Shown here: positions 16,800 to 26,061 of the stretch, in pieces
Layout of the letters: each line of letters begins with the position of its first letter
Position numbering within the stretch: position 1 is the stretch's first letter
Origin: Elusimicrobiota bacterium
GTDB taxonomy: Bacteria; Elusimicrobiota; Elusimicrobia; Elusimicrobiales; UBA9959
Direction: 5' to 3'
NCBI GenBank assembly: GCA_026388155.1
Contig: JAPLKI010000016.1
Coordinates: 198,705 to 262,704, forward strand
DNA length: 64,000 nt
Notes under the pieces: generated by a model
The model's database searches: none
Told to the model about the DNA's origin: nothing
Seen by the model: only the letters and a program-made list of their open reading frames with translations
Program-made: the position numbers and the translations under genes

Positions 16800-17819
16800 C
16801 TATTGCCCGTCGTTCACGTAAATGGAACCGCTCAGGCGGCCTCTGCCGTTTAGATAGACGAAGCTGCCGCTGGGCCAGCCGCTGACATTGATGCTGCCGC
16901 TCATATTAGCGGAGCCGACATATTTGCCGTCCTGGTAAAACTGCGCGGAAACGTTGGGCCACACGGTTTGGAACACATACTGGTTCGGGTGTATCCACAT
17001 GGAGGCCGGCACGGTAATGTACGCCTGATTGGACCGGATCTTGCCGGAGGCGTCGCTGAAGGCGGCCGAGCCGGTGAGATTGACGGTGGTATAGCCGCCG
17101 TTTTGCGGCACAAAGCCGTTGCCGGTCAGGTTTACGTCGCCGGAAACCTGTACGTACTGGCTGGTTTTCGTCTTGGAGGGCTGAGCGGCGGGGGCTGATT
17201 TGTCGGCCTGCACGGCCAGTGCGAACGTGACTACGGCGGCCACGGCGGTTTTTGAATATTGCGTGGTGTCAAAGCTGCCGTTTATTCCGGTCTTGTTTAT
17301 ACTAAGGTTCAGGCCGTAGGAATTAACGTTGAAGGAGAACTCGTCGAAGCTTTTGTACATGGTCAGATTGAGGTATTTGGTCTGGCCGTTTTCAGTCACG
17401 TTGCCTGAAATATTATAGTTTCCCCCCCATTCATCCATACTAAGGAACATGCCCGAGCCGCTCAGCTGGTAGTTTGTATTACCGCTTTTGCGTACCGTGG
17501 CCCATTGGTAATTATTGTCCACTCTGCAGTTCACGTCGAACTGGCTATCAAAAACTTTGCGGACCGTGACGTCTATTCTCGCCATATAATCCTGCGCTTC
17601 CACCTCTTTCATGGAAACATTATTATTGATGTTCATCCAGAGGTTTGTGTATGCCCTGGTCTGCTCGGTTTTTACCGCCGGCTCCGCTTTTTGCGCAACA
17701 GGCGCAGGTACGCTTATTTCCTGTTGTTTAATGTCGGAAGCCTTAAGGGAAACAAGATCCAAAGCATAGGCGTTGGGAGCTATAGTAACGGCAAGTATCA
17801 GATATAGTATATTTTTCAT
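16800..17819 (-). CDS. Secreted hypothetical protein
   Basis: MKNILYLILAVTIAPNAYA signal peptide. No recognised domain. Confidence 0.55.
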   Translation of the reverse strand: MKNILYLILAVTIAPNAYALDLVSLKASDIKQQEISVPAPVAQKAEPAVKTEQTRAYTNLWMNINNNVSMKEVEAQDYMARIDVTVRKVFDSQFDVNCRVDNNYQWATVRKSGNTNYQLSGSGMFLSMDEWGGNYNISGNVTENGQTKYLNLTMYKSFDEFSFNVNSYGLNLSINKTGINGSFDTTQYSKTAVAAVVTFALAVQADKSAPAAQPSKTKTSQYVQVSGDVNLTGNGFVPQNGGYTTVNLTGSAAFSDASGKIRSNQAYITVPASMWIHPNQYVFQTVWPNVSAQFYQDGKYVGSANMSGSINVSGWPSGSFVYLNGRGRLSGSIYVNDGQ

Positions 17820-17927
17820 TATTCACCCCTTAACTTTGCAGAGTCTGTACTTATTAGTATAGCTTACATGAATAGCTTTTTTAAGGGTCCAAAGCCCCCC
17901 CGGAGTATGGGTCTAAAGGCCTATACG

Positions 17928-18012
17928 GCAGCGGATAGGGGCTAGCGGTTAGGGGATTAGGGGATGAATAAGGGACTCCTTCCCTAACCGCTAACCTCTC
18001 TCCTCTATTCTC
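17928..18012. repeat. Word-palindrome element family W1, copy 3
   Basis: GGATAGGGGCTAGCGGTTAGGGGATTAGGGGATGAATAAGGGACTCCTTCCCTAACCGCTAACCTCTCTCC upstream of mntP. Confidence 0.7.
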
Positions 18013-18054
18013 TGGAATTTTAACTCGCCGTCCATTAAATTATACAATCGTATT

Positions 18055-18630
18055 GTGAAAACATTGGAAATATTGCTGATAGCATTGGGGCTTTCCATGG
18101 ACGCTTTTGCGGTGGCGGTGGCAAGCGGGGCCGCTATGAAAAAACTGCATCTGCCCAATGCCGTTAAAATGGGGCTTTTTTTCGGCGGCTTTCAGGCGCT
18201 GATGCCGGCGCTTGGCTGGCTTGCGGGCCTGCGGCTGAAAAATTTTATTTCAGGTTTTGACCATTGGCTGGCCTTCGGCCTGCTTGGTTTTATAGGCGGG
18301 AAAATGATCCATGAGTCTTTCAAAATGAAAGAAGAGCAAACCTGCGGGAGCAAATCCTCCCCCTTTGATACGGGAACCCTTACCCTGCTTTCGATTGCCA
18401 CCAGTATTGACGCTCTGGCCGTGGGTATCACATTTTCCATGCTGACGGTTTCTATAGCCGGCCCCGCGCTTATAATAGGACTGGTGACGTTCGCTCTTTC
18501 TGTTCTTGGCGTGGCGCTGGGCTCAAAAACGGGGCACTTTTTTGAAAACCGGATGGAGGCTCTTGGCGGGCTTATACTGATAGCCATAGGCCTTAAGATC
18601 CTGTTTGAACACCTGGGCTTTATCGGCTGA
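18055..18630 (+). CDS. mntP: Manganese efflux pump MntP
   Basis: LGLSMDAFAVAVASG and SIDALAVGITFS duplicated motifs, six TM segments, GTG start. Confidence 0.85.
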   Translation: MKTLEILLIALGLSMDAFAVAVASGAAMKKLHLPNAVKMGLFFGGFQALMPALGWLAGLRLKNFISGFDHWLAFGLLGFIGGKMIHESFKMKEEQTCGSKSSPFDTGTLTLLSIATSIDALAVGITFSMLTVSIAGPALIIGLVTFALSVLGVALGSKTGHFFENRMEALGGLILIAIGLKILFEHLGFIG

Positions 18631-18680
18631 ACCGGGATTTTAACTATAGGATATACCGTTAAATTTGTAAACTATTACCG

Positions 18681-19196
18681 ATGAAAACCATCTTGAACTA
18701 CAGGATTCGGGTTAACACAGGCTGCGCGGTGCTTTTGTTGGCGCTTCTTTCCCCGGGCGCGCATTGTCAGCAGAAAATTGAAAAACGTCTGACTGGCCTT
18801 GAAGTCAGGGTGGTCAAGGTGGAAAAACGAGTCACCAGGCTTGAAAGCGGAAAAACCGCCCCACGGGCCTCAGATAAAATACCGCCCAAGCCTATAACGG
18901 CGACGTTTATCAAGAAAGAAAATATCATGGGCGGCAACAGGGTGGGCGTGAAGCTTTTTGTGGAACTTGAAAACGTCACGAACCGCCGCTTTGAGTCTTT
19001 CAGCGGCAAGATAGTGTTCATGGACGGCAACGGGCAGTTAATTTACGCTAAAAAATATTCCCGCGAAGAAGTGTTTGAGGGCGGGGAAAGAATAACTCTC
19101 GCCGTGGCCGTCACCGACAGCCGCATGAAGACCTACCTTAAATTACTGAAAGTAAAAGTGATCACTGCCGATTTTACGGAACAGAAATTCAACTAA
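18681..19196 (+). CDS. Secreted hypothetical protein
   Basis: Signal-like N-terminus and a short coiled segment (LTGLEVRVVKVEKRVTRLES). Confidence 0.5.
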   Translation: MKTILNYRIRVNTGCAVLLLALLSPGAHCQQKIEKRLTGLEVRVVKVEKRVTRLESGKTAPRASDKIPPKPITATFIKKENIMGGNRVGVKLFVELENVTNRRFESFSGKIVFMDGNGQLIYAKKYSREEVFEGGERITLAVAVTDSRMKTYLKLLKVKVITADFTEQKFN

Positions 19197-19246
19197 GGCT
19201 ACTGGTTATTACTCAGGGTCACATCTCTATAAAAATTTTGAAACAT

Positions 19247-19582
19247 ATGGAAGACTCCGTCACATCGGCTTGCTGGGCCTGCGCCGGGATAATAGCCCCT
19301 GAGGACAATTATTGCCGTTTCTGCGGAAAGGGGCAGGGAAAGTGTGTTCCCTGGTATTATAAGCACTGGGGTATAATAACGCTGACGTTATTGGCTATGG
19401 GGCCGTTCAGTATTGTTTTTGTTTGGAAATCTCCGCTTTTGTCCCGCCGGGCCAAATGGGCGTATACAGTCGTGATAGCGGCTCTGACATGGTATATAGT
19501 GTCGAAGATCTACGGTTTCTGGTGCATGCTGTCCGGGATGCTGAACCCCGTGATGTATCCTGGCAGCATATTGGGAATTTAA
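19247..19582 (+). CDS. Zinc-ribbon membrane protein, hypothetical
   Basis: CWAC...CRFCG zinc-ribbon followed by two TM helices. Start is ambiguous (TTG 19238 or ATG 19247). Confidence 0.45.
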   Translation: MEDSVTSACWACAGIIAPEDNYCRFCGKGQGKCVPWYYKHWGIITLTLLAMGPFSIVFVWKSPLLSRRAKWAYTVVIAALTWYIVSKIYGFWCMLSGMLNPVMYPGSILGI

Positions 19583-19619
19583 GCTAAAAAATAAACGACC
19601 TTAGCCTTTTCCGGTTTAT

Positions 19620-19652
19620 CCCGCACTTTGGGCTGTCGGAAAAAGTGCGGGG
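19620..19652. repeat. Conserved hairpin CCCGCACTTT-N13-AAAGTGCGGG, copy 1
   Basis: Near-identical hairpin at 62112-62145. Located between convergent genes. Confidence 0.6.
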
Positions 19653-19653
19653 T

Positions 19654-21318
19654 TTACTTTGCCGGCGGGACCAGCTTTTGGGCCTCAGCTTCTATCTTCT
19701 GAATATCTTCCGCGGTTTTTGCCTGCGGCCGGTCAAATCTATAGCTTTCAGGCATTTTCCATGGCTCGCCCCGGACAACGCCGCTTGTAAGGGCGCGCAG
19801 TCCGTGGGCCGGAATAGTGATCGTGAACCTGCCTTTCCCCCTCTTGCCGGCGACAGTGAAGGTCTCGCCGCTATAAAGGTCGATGTAATTGCCCGGAGGC
19901 AGAACGCTCAAAGTGACAGAGGCCCCGTTCTGCTCCTTATTCAGGAACACGAAAACAGATTCTCCGTTATATTCGCGCTTAAAAACATACTGGTCCTTTG
20001 AACCGTACAGCCGGGTCTGAACGCCCTTCTGTAAAGCGGGGTTCGCGCGCCGCACGGCATTGAGCTTTTGCAGATGAAGATAGACCGGGTTCGTTTTTGA
20101 GGCTTTTATTCCGTCCACTCCCAGGTATTTTCTGTTATCCGGGTCGCTGCCCCCCACCATCTGCACTTCGGTGCCGTAATAAACGCAGGGGATGCCGCGC
20201 GCGGTAAAATAAAAATTCAGCCCGTCAAAATACTGCTCGGTCGTTGCCGAACTGCCGTCCCAGCCGGGGCCGTTGAACCGGGGTTTGTCGTGATTGTCCA
20301 GGAAAGTCACCAGGTAAGTGGCGTCCTTGTATTTGGGGTCGTTCCTCAGGACATTGTCCACCTGATTGTAATCCCCGCCCTTGAACACCTGTTCAAACTG
20401 GCCCCACGAGCTCATGGCGGAGCCCGGCATGTCCAGCACGCTCATGGCCGAGTTCATCGGGTCGCCGGGAGCGAGGTTCGTGTAGCTGGCCAGCCAGTTG
20501 AAATCGCCGTTGGTCCACACCTCGCCGAACATAAAAAAATCCTTCCGGTTCTTGTGCATTTCGCCGGTGAAAGTCTTCCAGAATTCCGGCTTCATCCAGG
20601 CTACGGTGTCTATCCTGAAAGCGTCCACGCCCATGTTCTGATAACCCTTGTAGATGTCCACCAGCCATTGCGCTGTTTCCGGATTATCTTCGTTAAGGTC
20701 CAAAAGGTCCGCCACGGTGGGTCCGCCGTGATGGAACCAGTTCTGTTTGTCGTCGTAGAAATCAAACATCTTCCCGAGGCCGAAAACCTTGCCCCTGCTG
20801 TTATGCCATTGTATGGACGGATTCGTGTCTACGCCGTGGCCGTGGTTCGGCACTATATCCTGTATCAATTTCATCCCCTTGGCGTGCACGGCGCTGATAA
20901 GGTCCGCGTAAGAAACATCCTTTGATTCCAGGTGCTGGTCTATCTTTGAAAAATCCCAGCCCCAGTAACCGTGATACCCCGCCGCGTCATAGGAGCCGCT
21001 TGAGTTCATATACCTGCCGGGAGGCTGCATAACAGGCGGGGTAATCCAGACAGCCGTGAATCCCATGTCCTTAATATGGTCCAGGTTTTGTATCAGTCCT
21101 TTAAAGTCGCCTCCCTGATAGTATTTCAGGTTCCCCGGCTGGTATTCATCGCCGTAAATGTTGTTATTGGCCTTGTCGCCGTCCACGAATCTGTCGGTCA
21201 TAACGAAGTAAATGGTTTCGTCCCGGAAGTCCCATTTATTGGCGCGAGCGTCTTTTGAAAAAGCGGGAGCAAGAAAGCCCGCAAGCGATAATAAAACCAG
21301 CAGCGCTTTGTTTTTCAT
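19654..21318 (-). CDS. Secreted alpha-amylase family glycoside hydrolase (GH13)
   Basis: Signal peptide plus GH13 regions DRFVDGD, GFTAVWITPP, VDAFRIDTV, FMFGEVW and FLDNHD. Confidence 0.9.
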   Translation of the reverse strand: MKNKALLVLLSLAGFLAPAFSKDARANKWDFRDETIYFVMTDRFVDGDKANNNIYGDEYQPGNLKYYQGGDFKGLIQNLDHIKDMGFTAVWITPPVMQPPGRYMNSSGSYDAAGYHGYWGWDFSKIDQHLESKDVSYADLISAVHAKGMKLIQDIVPNHGHGVDTNPSIQWHNSRGKVFGLGKMFDFYDDKQNWFHHGGPTVADLLDLNEDNPETAQWLVDIYKGYQNMGVDAFRIDTVAWMKPEFWKTFTGEMHKNRKDFFMFGEVWTNGDFNWLASYTNLAPGDPMNSAMSVLDMPGSAMSSWGQFEQVFKGGDYNQVDNVLRNDPKYKDATYLVTFLDNHDKPRFNGPGWDGSSATTEQYFDGLNFYFTARGIPCVYYGTEVQMVGGSDPDNRKYLGVDGIKASKTNPVYLHLQKLNAVRRANPALQKGVQTRLYGSKDQYVFKREYNGESVFVFLNKEQNGASVTLSVLPPGNYIDLYSGETFTVAGKRGKGRFTITIPAHGLRALTSGVVRGEPWKMPESYRFDRPQAKTAEDIQKIEAEAQKLVPPAK

Positions 21319-21404
21319 TCATTCACCCCTGATCCGCGATATGCAGATTATTCTATTATATTTGACAGCCTTTCGAACTCTCCATAATGACAGATAGAAT
21401 ATTT

Positions 21405-22787
21405 TCACTTTTTTCCTACGGCGATGTCCTTCAGCTGTTTGAAGGCGGGAGAACCGCCGGCGCTTGCAGAAACCGGCTCTGATTTGGCCTGCCGCATGGC
21501 TTTGAGAGCGAGGTCAAGAGCGGCGGAGGATTTCTGCGCCCAGGCGGTGTTGTTCCAGAACCAGTAGCAGCTGGTCTCGGCCATGGCGAAATAATCCCAG
21601 GCCAGGGCTTTCTGCTGTTCCGGGGCAGCGGCCTGAAGGGCGGTCAACTGCTGCCTGACCTGGTTGACTTTGTCCCACATCTGCTTGTGCACCGCGCTGC
21701 TGTCCCAGGTTGAAAGGTCTATGTGCGCGCCACCGACTCCCCAGGAACCGCGCTCTACCGCAATGACGTCGGAAGGAGTATAGACGTTTTTGAGATATTC
21801 GGATATCGTGGCCAGCTTTACCCAGCTGTTCTGCGGGGCCTTCAGCGCGTCCAGAAGATTGGGCCAGAACCAGTCGTAGTAGCCGCCGCCCGCCTGCCTC
21901 ATCCAGCCGTTGTCTCCGTCGGTGACTATTACTACAAGGAAAGGCCTTGCGGGGTCGGTGTTCCATTTCTGTATCTGGGCCAGCTGTTGAAGAAGATAAT
22001 CCGAGCTTATGCCGTCGCTCTGATTGGAGCCCAGCCAGTGTTCGCGCGGTATCACGATGAATTTTACTCCGCCGGAATCGGAAAGATGCGGCCTGAAAGC
22101 GGCCTCCGAGTATTCCCTGCTCCATTTATCCTTGTTCGGCAGGTTCATAATATGGAAACTGTCGAACAGCGACCATTGAAAGCCCAACTCCTTAAGCCAG
22201 GGAGTTATTGAAGTGTCAAAAGCAATTTCAGGCGGGAAGAAGCCTTTTGGAACGGTCTGAAAGCGGTCCTGGACCACCGGCAGCAGTTTTTTTACCTGCA
22301 GCTCCGCGTCCTGTTTGGTTATAAGCGGGAAGATGGGATGATAATAACCGTCCGATATCATCTCAAGGCGGCCGGTCTTTACCGCGGTTTTATAATCGTT
22401 CCATATTCCGTCAAGCGGTGTGCCTTTTGAATTAAAGCCGTTCTTCGCCAGAAAATCCAGCTGTTCTATAAGCGAGCCGGTGAAATGCACGGTGAGTTTG
22501 GCTTCGGGGTTGTTGTTTATTATGGTCGCGGGCCTGCGGTAGCAGAAGCCGGTTTCGTCAAATACCTGCCTGACGCTGAAGTTTGAATCCGGGTCGGTGT
22601 TCATGTTGAAGTAATCCCAGTTGATGGGAACGCCGGGATTATAGATAGGCTGGTGCATATGCAGAACGAACGCCAGATACAGCGGCACCTGAGGCGCGCT
22701 TTGGGCGGAAGCGCCGGTTAACGGCAGGATGGAAAATAGAGCCAGCGGGAAAAGCAGCGATTTTTTTATGGTATTTGTTACACGCAT
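21405..22787 (-). CDS. Secreted GH57-family glycoside hydrolase
   Basis: LHMHQPIY (HQP region), FPPEIAF and VTDGDNGW resemble GH57 conserved regions. Signal peptide present. Confidence 0.65.
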   Translation of the reverse strand: MRVTNTIKKSLLFPLALFSILPLTGASAQSAPQVPLYLAFVLHMHQPIYNPGVPINWDYFNMNTDPDSNFSVRQVFDETGFCYRRPATIINNNPEAKLTVHFTGSLIEQLDFLAKNGFNSKGTPLDGIWNDYKTAVKTGRLEMISDGYYHPIFPLITKQDAELQVKKLLPVVQDRFQTVPKGFFPPEIAFDTSITPWLKELGFQWSLFDSFHIMNLPNKDKWSREYSEAAFRPHLSDSGGVKFIVIPREHWLGSNQSDGISSDYLLQQLAQIQKWNTDPARPFLVVIVTDGDNGWMRQAGGGYYDWFWPNLLDALKAPQNSWVKLATISEYLKNVYTPSDVIAVERGSWGVGGAHIDLSTWDSSAVHKQMWDKVNQVRQQLTALQAAAPEQQKALAWDYFAMAETSCYWFWNNTAWAQKSSAALDLALKAMRQAKSEPVSASAGGSPAFKQLKDIAVGKK

Positions 22788-23015
22788 TCACAAACCTCCA
22801 GTCCGTAAATTATGAACAGCCGGAAGAAGCCCCTTTAAGAAGCCGACTGCGCTGAATACTCGCGCACGGCAGCTATTATTGCAGCCGGCATTATGCCGTT
22901 TATTTTTTTATAGTTTTCCCCCTATATTTACCCAATAGTCTAGCCTGCGCCTTGATCGAAGTCATGGGCCATCGGTCCTACTCACCCGCTGTTTTTGGAC
23001 CTACTTTATGAAGAA

Positions 23016-23070
23016 AGGCTGAAGGCTGAAGACTGAAGGGTGAGGCAAAAAACATCAGTCGTCAGCCGGA
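23016..23070. repeat. Word-palindrome element (GGCTGAAG words)
   Basis: AGGCTGAAGGCTGAAGACTGAAGGGTGAGG...CATCAGTCGTCAGCCGGAAGC. The GGCTGAAG words recur at 35021-35040 and 35467-35475. Confidence 0.5.
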
Positions 23071-23077
23071 AGCGGGT

Positions 23078-23473
23078 TTATGGATCGATTGCGGCGATCT
23101 CATAAGGCCACTTCAGGGGACCTGTTATCGTTGCCATCCCGCCGTTGACCGGCATGGATGTGAAATCGCTCGTTGGCAGCGACACGTAGATATAATGGTT
23201 GCCTTCGCGGCCCTTGGAGTCTATTTCGTAGAGGTTGAGCCTGGTGCAGGGGACCTTATGGCCGTTGACCGTTTTAGTGCCCGAGTGGACATTAGCGACC
23301 ATGCCCGTCACCTGTACTTCCGTGCCTACATACAGCTTTGAGTTGGCGTGGACGGCAGCCACTGTTAAAGCTGTCTGGGCCCGCACTCCGATGAGGATGA
23401 AGAAAACTATGGCTCCCGACAGCCCGCCGATGAGGGCGGTCTTGTACCATGGAATTGAGACTTTTGTTTTCAT
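23078..23473 (-). CDS. Membrane-anchored hypothetical protein
   Basis: ATG at 23473 with GGAGG upstream, one N-terminal TM, then a beta-rich domain. Confidence 0.5.
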   Translation of the reverse strand: MKTKVSIPWYKTALIGGLSGAIVFFILIGVRAQTALTVAAVHANSKLYVGTEVQVTGMVANVHSGTKTVNGHKVPCTRLNLYEIDSKGREGNHYIYVSLPTSDFTSMPVNGGMATITGPLKWPYEIAAIDP

Positions 23474-23621
23474 GAGACCTCCAGTACGATTTATGCGACC
23501 ATTTTCAGGGGACATAAACAATTTAGCGTGAACTTTTCTCCGATACGAGTTCCACTACTTCACCTAAAAGTTGCTGAAACACGCTGCTACCCACTATGAT
23601 AATAAAAAAAACCGGGGGCGT

Positions 23622-25466
23622 TTACAACTTGTGCGCGCTTCCGGAGCAGACGGGGACGCGCGCGGCGGCAAGGAGTTTTTTGTAGCGCGCAAGCGGTTCC
23701 TGAAGGCCTTTTATTGAAGCCTCCCAGAAGGCGGGGCTGCCGAGATCGGCGCCAAGGCTGCGCCGGGCCACGTTTTCCACGGTATCCGAGCCGGTCAGCC
23801 GCAGGAAGGCCTCGTATTTAGGCAGGAAGGACGGGCCTTCGGCCTTGAATTTTCTGAAAAGCGTGGCCGCAAGCAGGAAGCCGAAGGTGTAAGGAAAGTT
23901 ATAAAAAGACACGCCGGTCATATAAAAATGCAGTTTTGAGGCCCAGAACAGCGGGTCTTCCCCGCCTGGCTCAAGCGCGTCACCGAAAACGCGCCGCTGG
24001 GCGGAAGTCATAAGTTCTTTCAGACGCGCCACTGAAACTTCACCTTTGCGCCGTTCTTCGTGGAAGGCCTTTTCAAACTCAAAGCGCACGGTTATATCCA
24101 GTATGGTGACGGCCGCTCCGGTAAGGTATTCGTCCAGCATCATGAGTTTTTGCGTATCGCTTACTTCAGGGTCGGCCTGCACGCCCTCGGCCAGTATATG
24201 TTCGCCGAAAATGGAAGCTGTTTCGGCCAGCGTCATGGGGTATTCCCTGGCCCAGGGCCGCATTTCCTTCAGCAGGTGGCTGTGCCAGGCGTGCCCGATT
24301 TCGTGCGCTATCGTGTTCACGTCGCCCAGCGAACCGTTGAAGGTCATGTAAACCTGCTGCTCCCCGGTTAAATTTGAACCGGTACAAAAAGCGCCGGGCC
24401 GCTTGCCGCCGCGCGACTCGGACTCAAGGCGGCGATGCGCGAGGAAGTCCTTATAGTAGCGGGCGAGTGCCGGATAAGACTGATTAAAAGCCGCCGAAAC
24501 TTTGGCGGAGCCCTCTTCCCAGGTATAGAGTTTGGAATCTTTCATCGGCAGGGGAGCCTCGCGCTCGAAGAAGGCTATTCCCTTGCGGTCCATAGCTCCG
24601 GCTTTAACGCGCAGTATCTCGCGCACGGAATCTATGTTCCTGTATACCGCCGCGTACATGGCGTCAAGGGTGCCGCGCTTTATGCCGGAGCCGAAAAGCG
24701 CCTGATCCAAAAAATGTTTTATCCCGCGATGCCGGTAAAGGGTAAGCCGTGTGCCTGAAATGGCGTTTAAGGCGGCTGCGCAAGTGTCTTCTATGCCGGC
24801 CCAGGCAATGTTTCCCCCCTCAAAAGCGGCGCGGCCCACCTTGCGGTCCGCGTCCGACATAAGGGCGCGCCAGCGCGAGACGGGCAGGCGTTCTTTGCGC
24901 CCGTCGGGCCAGACCATGTCGAACTGAAGTTTGCCTGAAATTTTGCTGTAGAGCCGGTCCCAGGACTGAAAACCGTCCACGCCAAGGTCGGCCGCCAGTT
25001 TTTCCTCGGTCGGGCCCATGGTGTGTTTCGCCTGCTCGCGCACGCGAGCGAGGGAATGCCGCACTGGCGCGAGTTTTTCGCGCTTTGTAAAAGCGGTAAA
25101 AATATTTCCAGGGACATTCTTGAAAGCCCGCAGCAGGTCCACTCCGAATTTTGCATATTCCGCCGCGAGCGAGTATAGTTTTGCGCTTTCAGCTGAGTAT
25201 TCCTCATTGTCCGCGTGAGCGGATTCAAGGCAGGTTACGTAGGAAATAATATGGCCCAGCCGGGTTTCAACATTTTCTGCAGTAAGCAGAAGCTTTTCCC
25301 AGTCAGCGGCGGTTTTTGCCGAGAGCGGGGCCAGTTTTGCCGCTTTTTTCTGCAGCGCGGCCACGTCGGCCGCCAGTTTTTTCTTAAACTTGAGCATTTC
25401 AGGCCCGTTGAATTCAGGGAAATAACTTTTAAGGTCCCATCGCACTCCCTGCGTTATAATTGTCAT
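23622..25466 (-). CDS. pepF: Oligoendopeptidase F family (M3B) metallopeptidase
   Basis: HEIGHAWH zinc motif, 614 aa, overall M3 organisation. Confidence 0.85.
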   Translation of the reverse strand: MTIITQGVRWDLKSYFPEFNGPEMLKFKKKLAADVAALQKKAAKLAPLSAKTAADWEKLLLTAENVETRLGHIISYVTCLESAHADNEEYSAESAKLYSLAAEYAKFGVDLLRAFKNVPGNIFTAFTKREKLAPVRHSLARVREQAKHTMGPTEEKLAADLGVDGFQSWDRLYSKISGKLQFDMVWPDGRKERLPVSRWRALMSDADRKVGRAAFEGGNIAWAGIEDTCAAALNAISGTRLTLYRHRGIKHFLDQALFGSGIKRGTLDAMYAAVYRNIDSVREILRVKAGAMDRKGIAFFEREAPLPMKDSKLYTWEEGSAKVSAAFNQSYPALARYYKDFLAHRRLESESRGGKRPGAFCTGSNLTGEQQVYMTFNGSLGDVNTIAHEIGHAWHSHLLKEMRPWAREYPMTLAETASIFGEHILAEGVQADPEVSDTQKLMMLDEYLTGAAVTILDITVRFEFEKAFHEERRKGEVSVARLKELMTSAQRRVFGDALEPGGEDPLFWASKLHFYMTGVSFYNFPYTFGFLLAATLFRKFKAEGPSFLPKYEAFLRLTGSDTVENVARRSLGADLGSPAFWEASIKGLQEPLARYKKLLAAARVPVCSGSAHKL

Positions 25467-25561
25467 GTAATGTCCCTTTGCGGTAATCTTTCAGTACATA
25501 TAATACAATACTCCCCCGTCCGAAGAAAGTCCATAACAAAACAAAATCGCCCGACTGCTAC

Positions 25562-26040
25562 TAACTTCCGCAATGAGACCCCCTGCTGTTTAAGCGCGAT
25601 TTATGAAAACTTGGCGGGTGGTTATGTTGGGGGCGGTTGGTGTTAAATAAGTCGCGATTCACTATTTGGAGCGGGTGGCGGGGGAGCTGGGTTAGCAAAA
25701 CCGTCCGGAGGCCGAGACTTGCATAAGCGGCGAGGCCGAGGAACGGAAGGGCGGGCACGGTGAGGTCCGGCTTTAGGCCGTCTGATGGGCATAGCCCGTG
25801 AAACGGCACGGCCATAGGCCAGAGCGAAGCATAATTATGCTTCGCGTCCGGGCCGCAAGGGCGGAGGCGGTTCCCTGCGCAGCAGAACCGCCGAGCCGGG
25901 GTCGCGGAAAACAGCTATGCGGTTTATCCGTGACTGTCCCGACCCTGGTTTTGCGTTCCAGTCGCCCGACAGGACCCGCGAACCCTAAATTTGGCTGCGA
26001 GAACACCCAAAACCCAGCATGCTATCGTCGTGAGGACCTT
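25562..26040. other. Large GC-rich noncoding structured element A
   Basis: No credible ORF. Many hairpins, for example the 22-nt palindrome GCGAAGCATAATTATGCTTCGC at 25825-25846. Three collinear blocks are shared with element B in reverse orientation. Confidence 0.6.
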
Positions 26041-26061
26041 TTATTTTCGGAGAGGGCAATT

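Noticed and set aside
17880-18054. Possible yybP-ykoY manganese riboswitch upstream of mntP.
   Set aside because: ATAGGGGCTAGCGG superficially resembles the GGGGAGUAGC box. However, the sequence is a copy of the W1 word-palindrome, which also occurs in unrelated contexts, and the conserved 3' half of the riboswitch (UUGACA...GAGAC-type strand) is absent.
25510-25990. Possible RNase P RNA. AGAAAGTCC at about 25514, TGACTGTCC at about 25931 and ACAGGACCCG at about 25969 recall the P4 and CR motifs of bacterial RNase P.
   Set aside because: The universally conserved GAGGAAAGUCCGGGC and ACAGAACCCGGCUUA strands are not intact and cannot form P4. The order of other motif-like strings is wrong. The region also has a homolog (element B) 10 kb away, which would not be expected for single-copy RNase P RNA. 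tmRNA, SRP RNA and group II domain V were considered as well and not supported.
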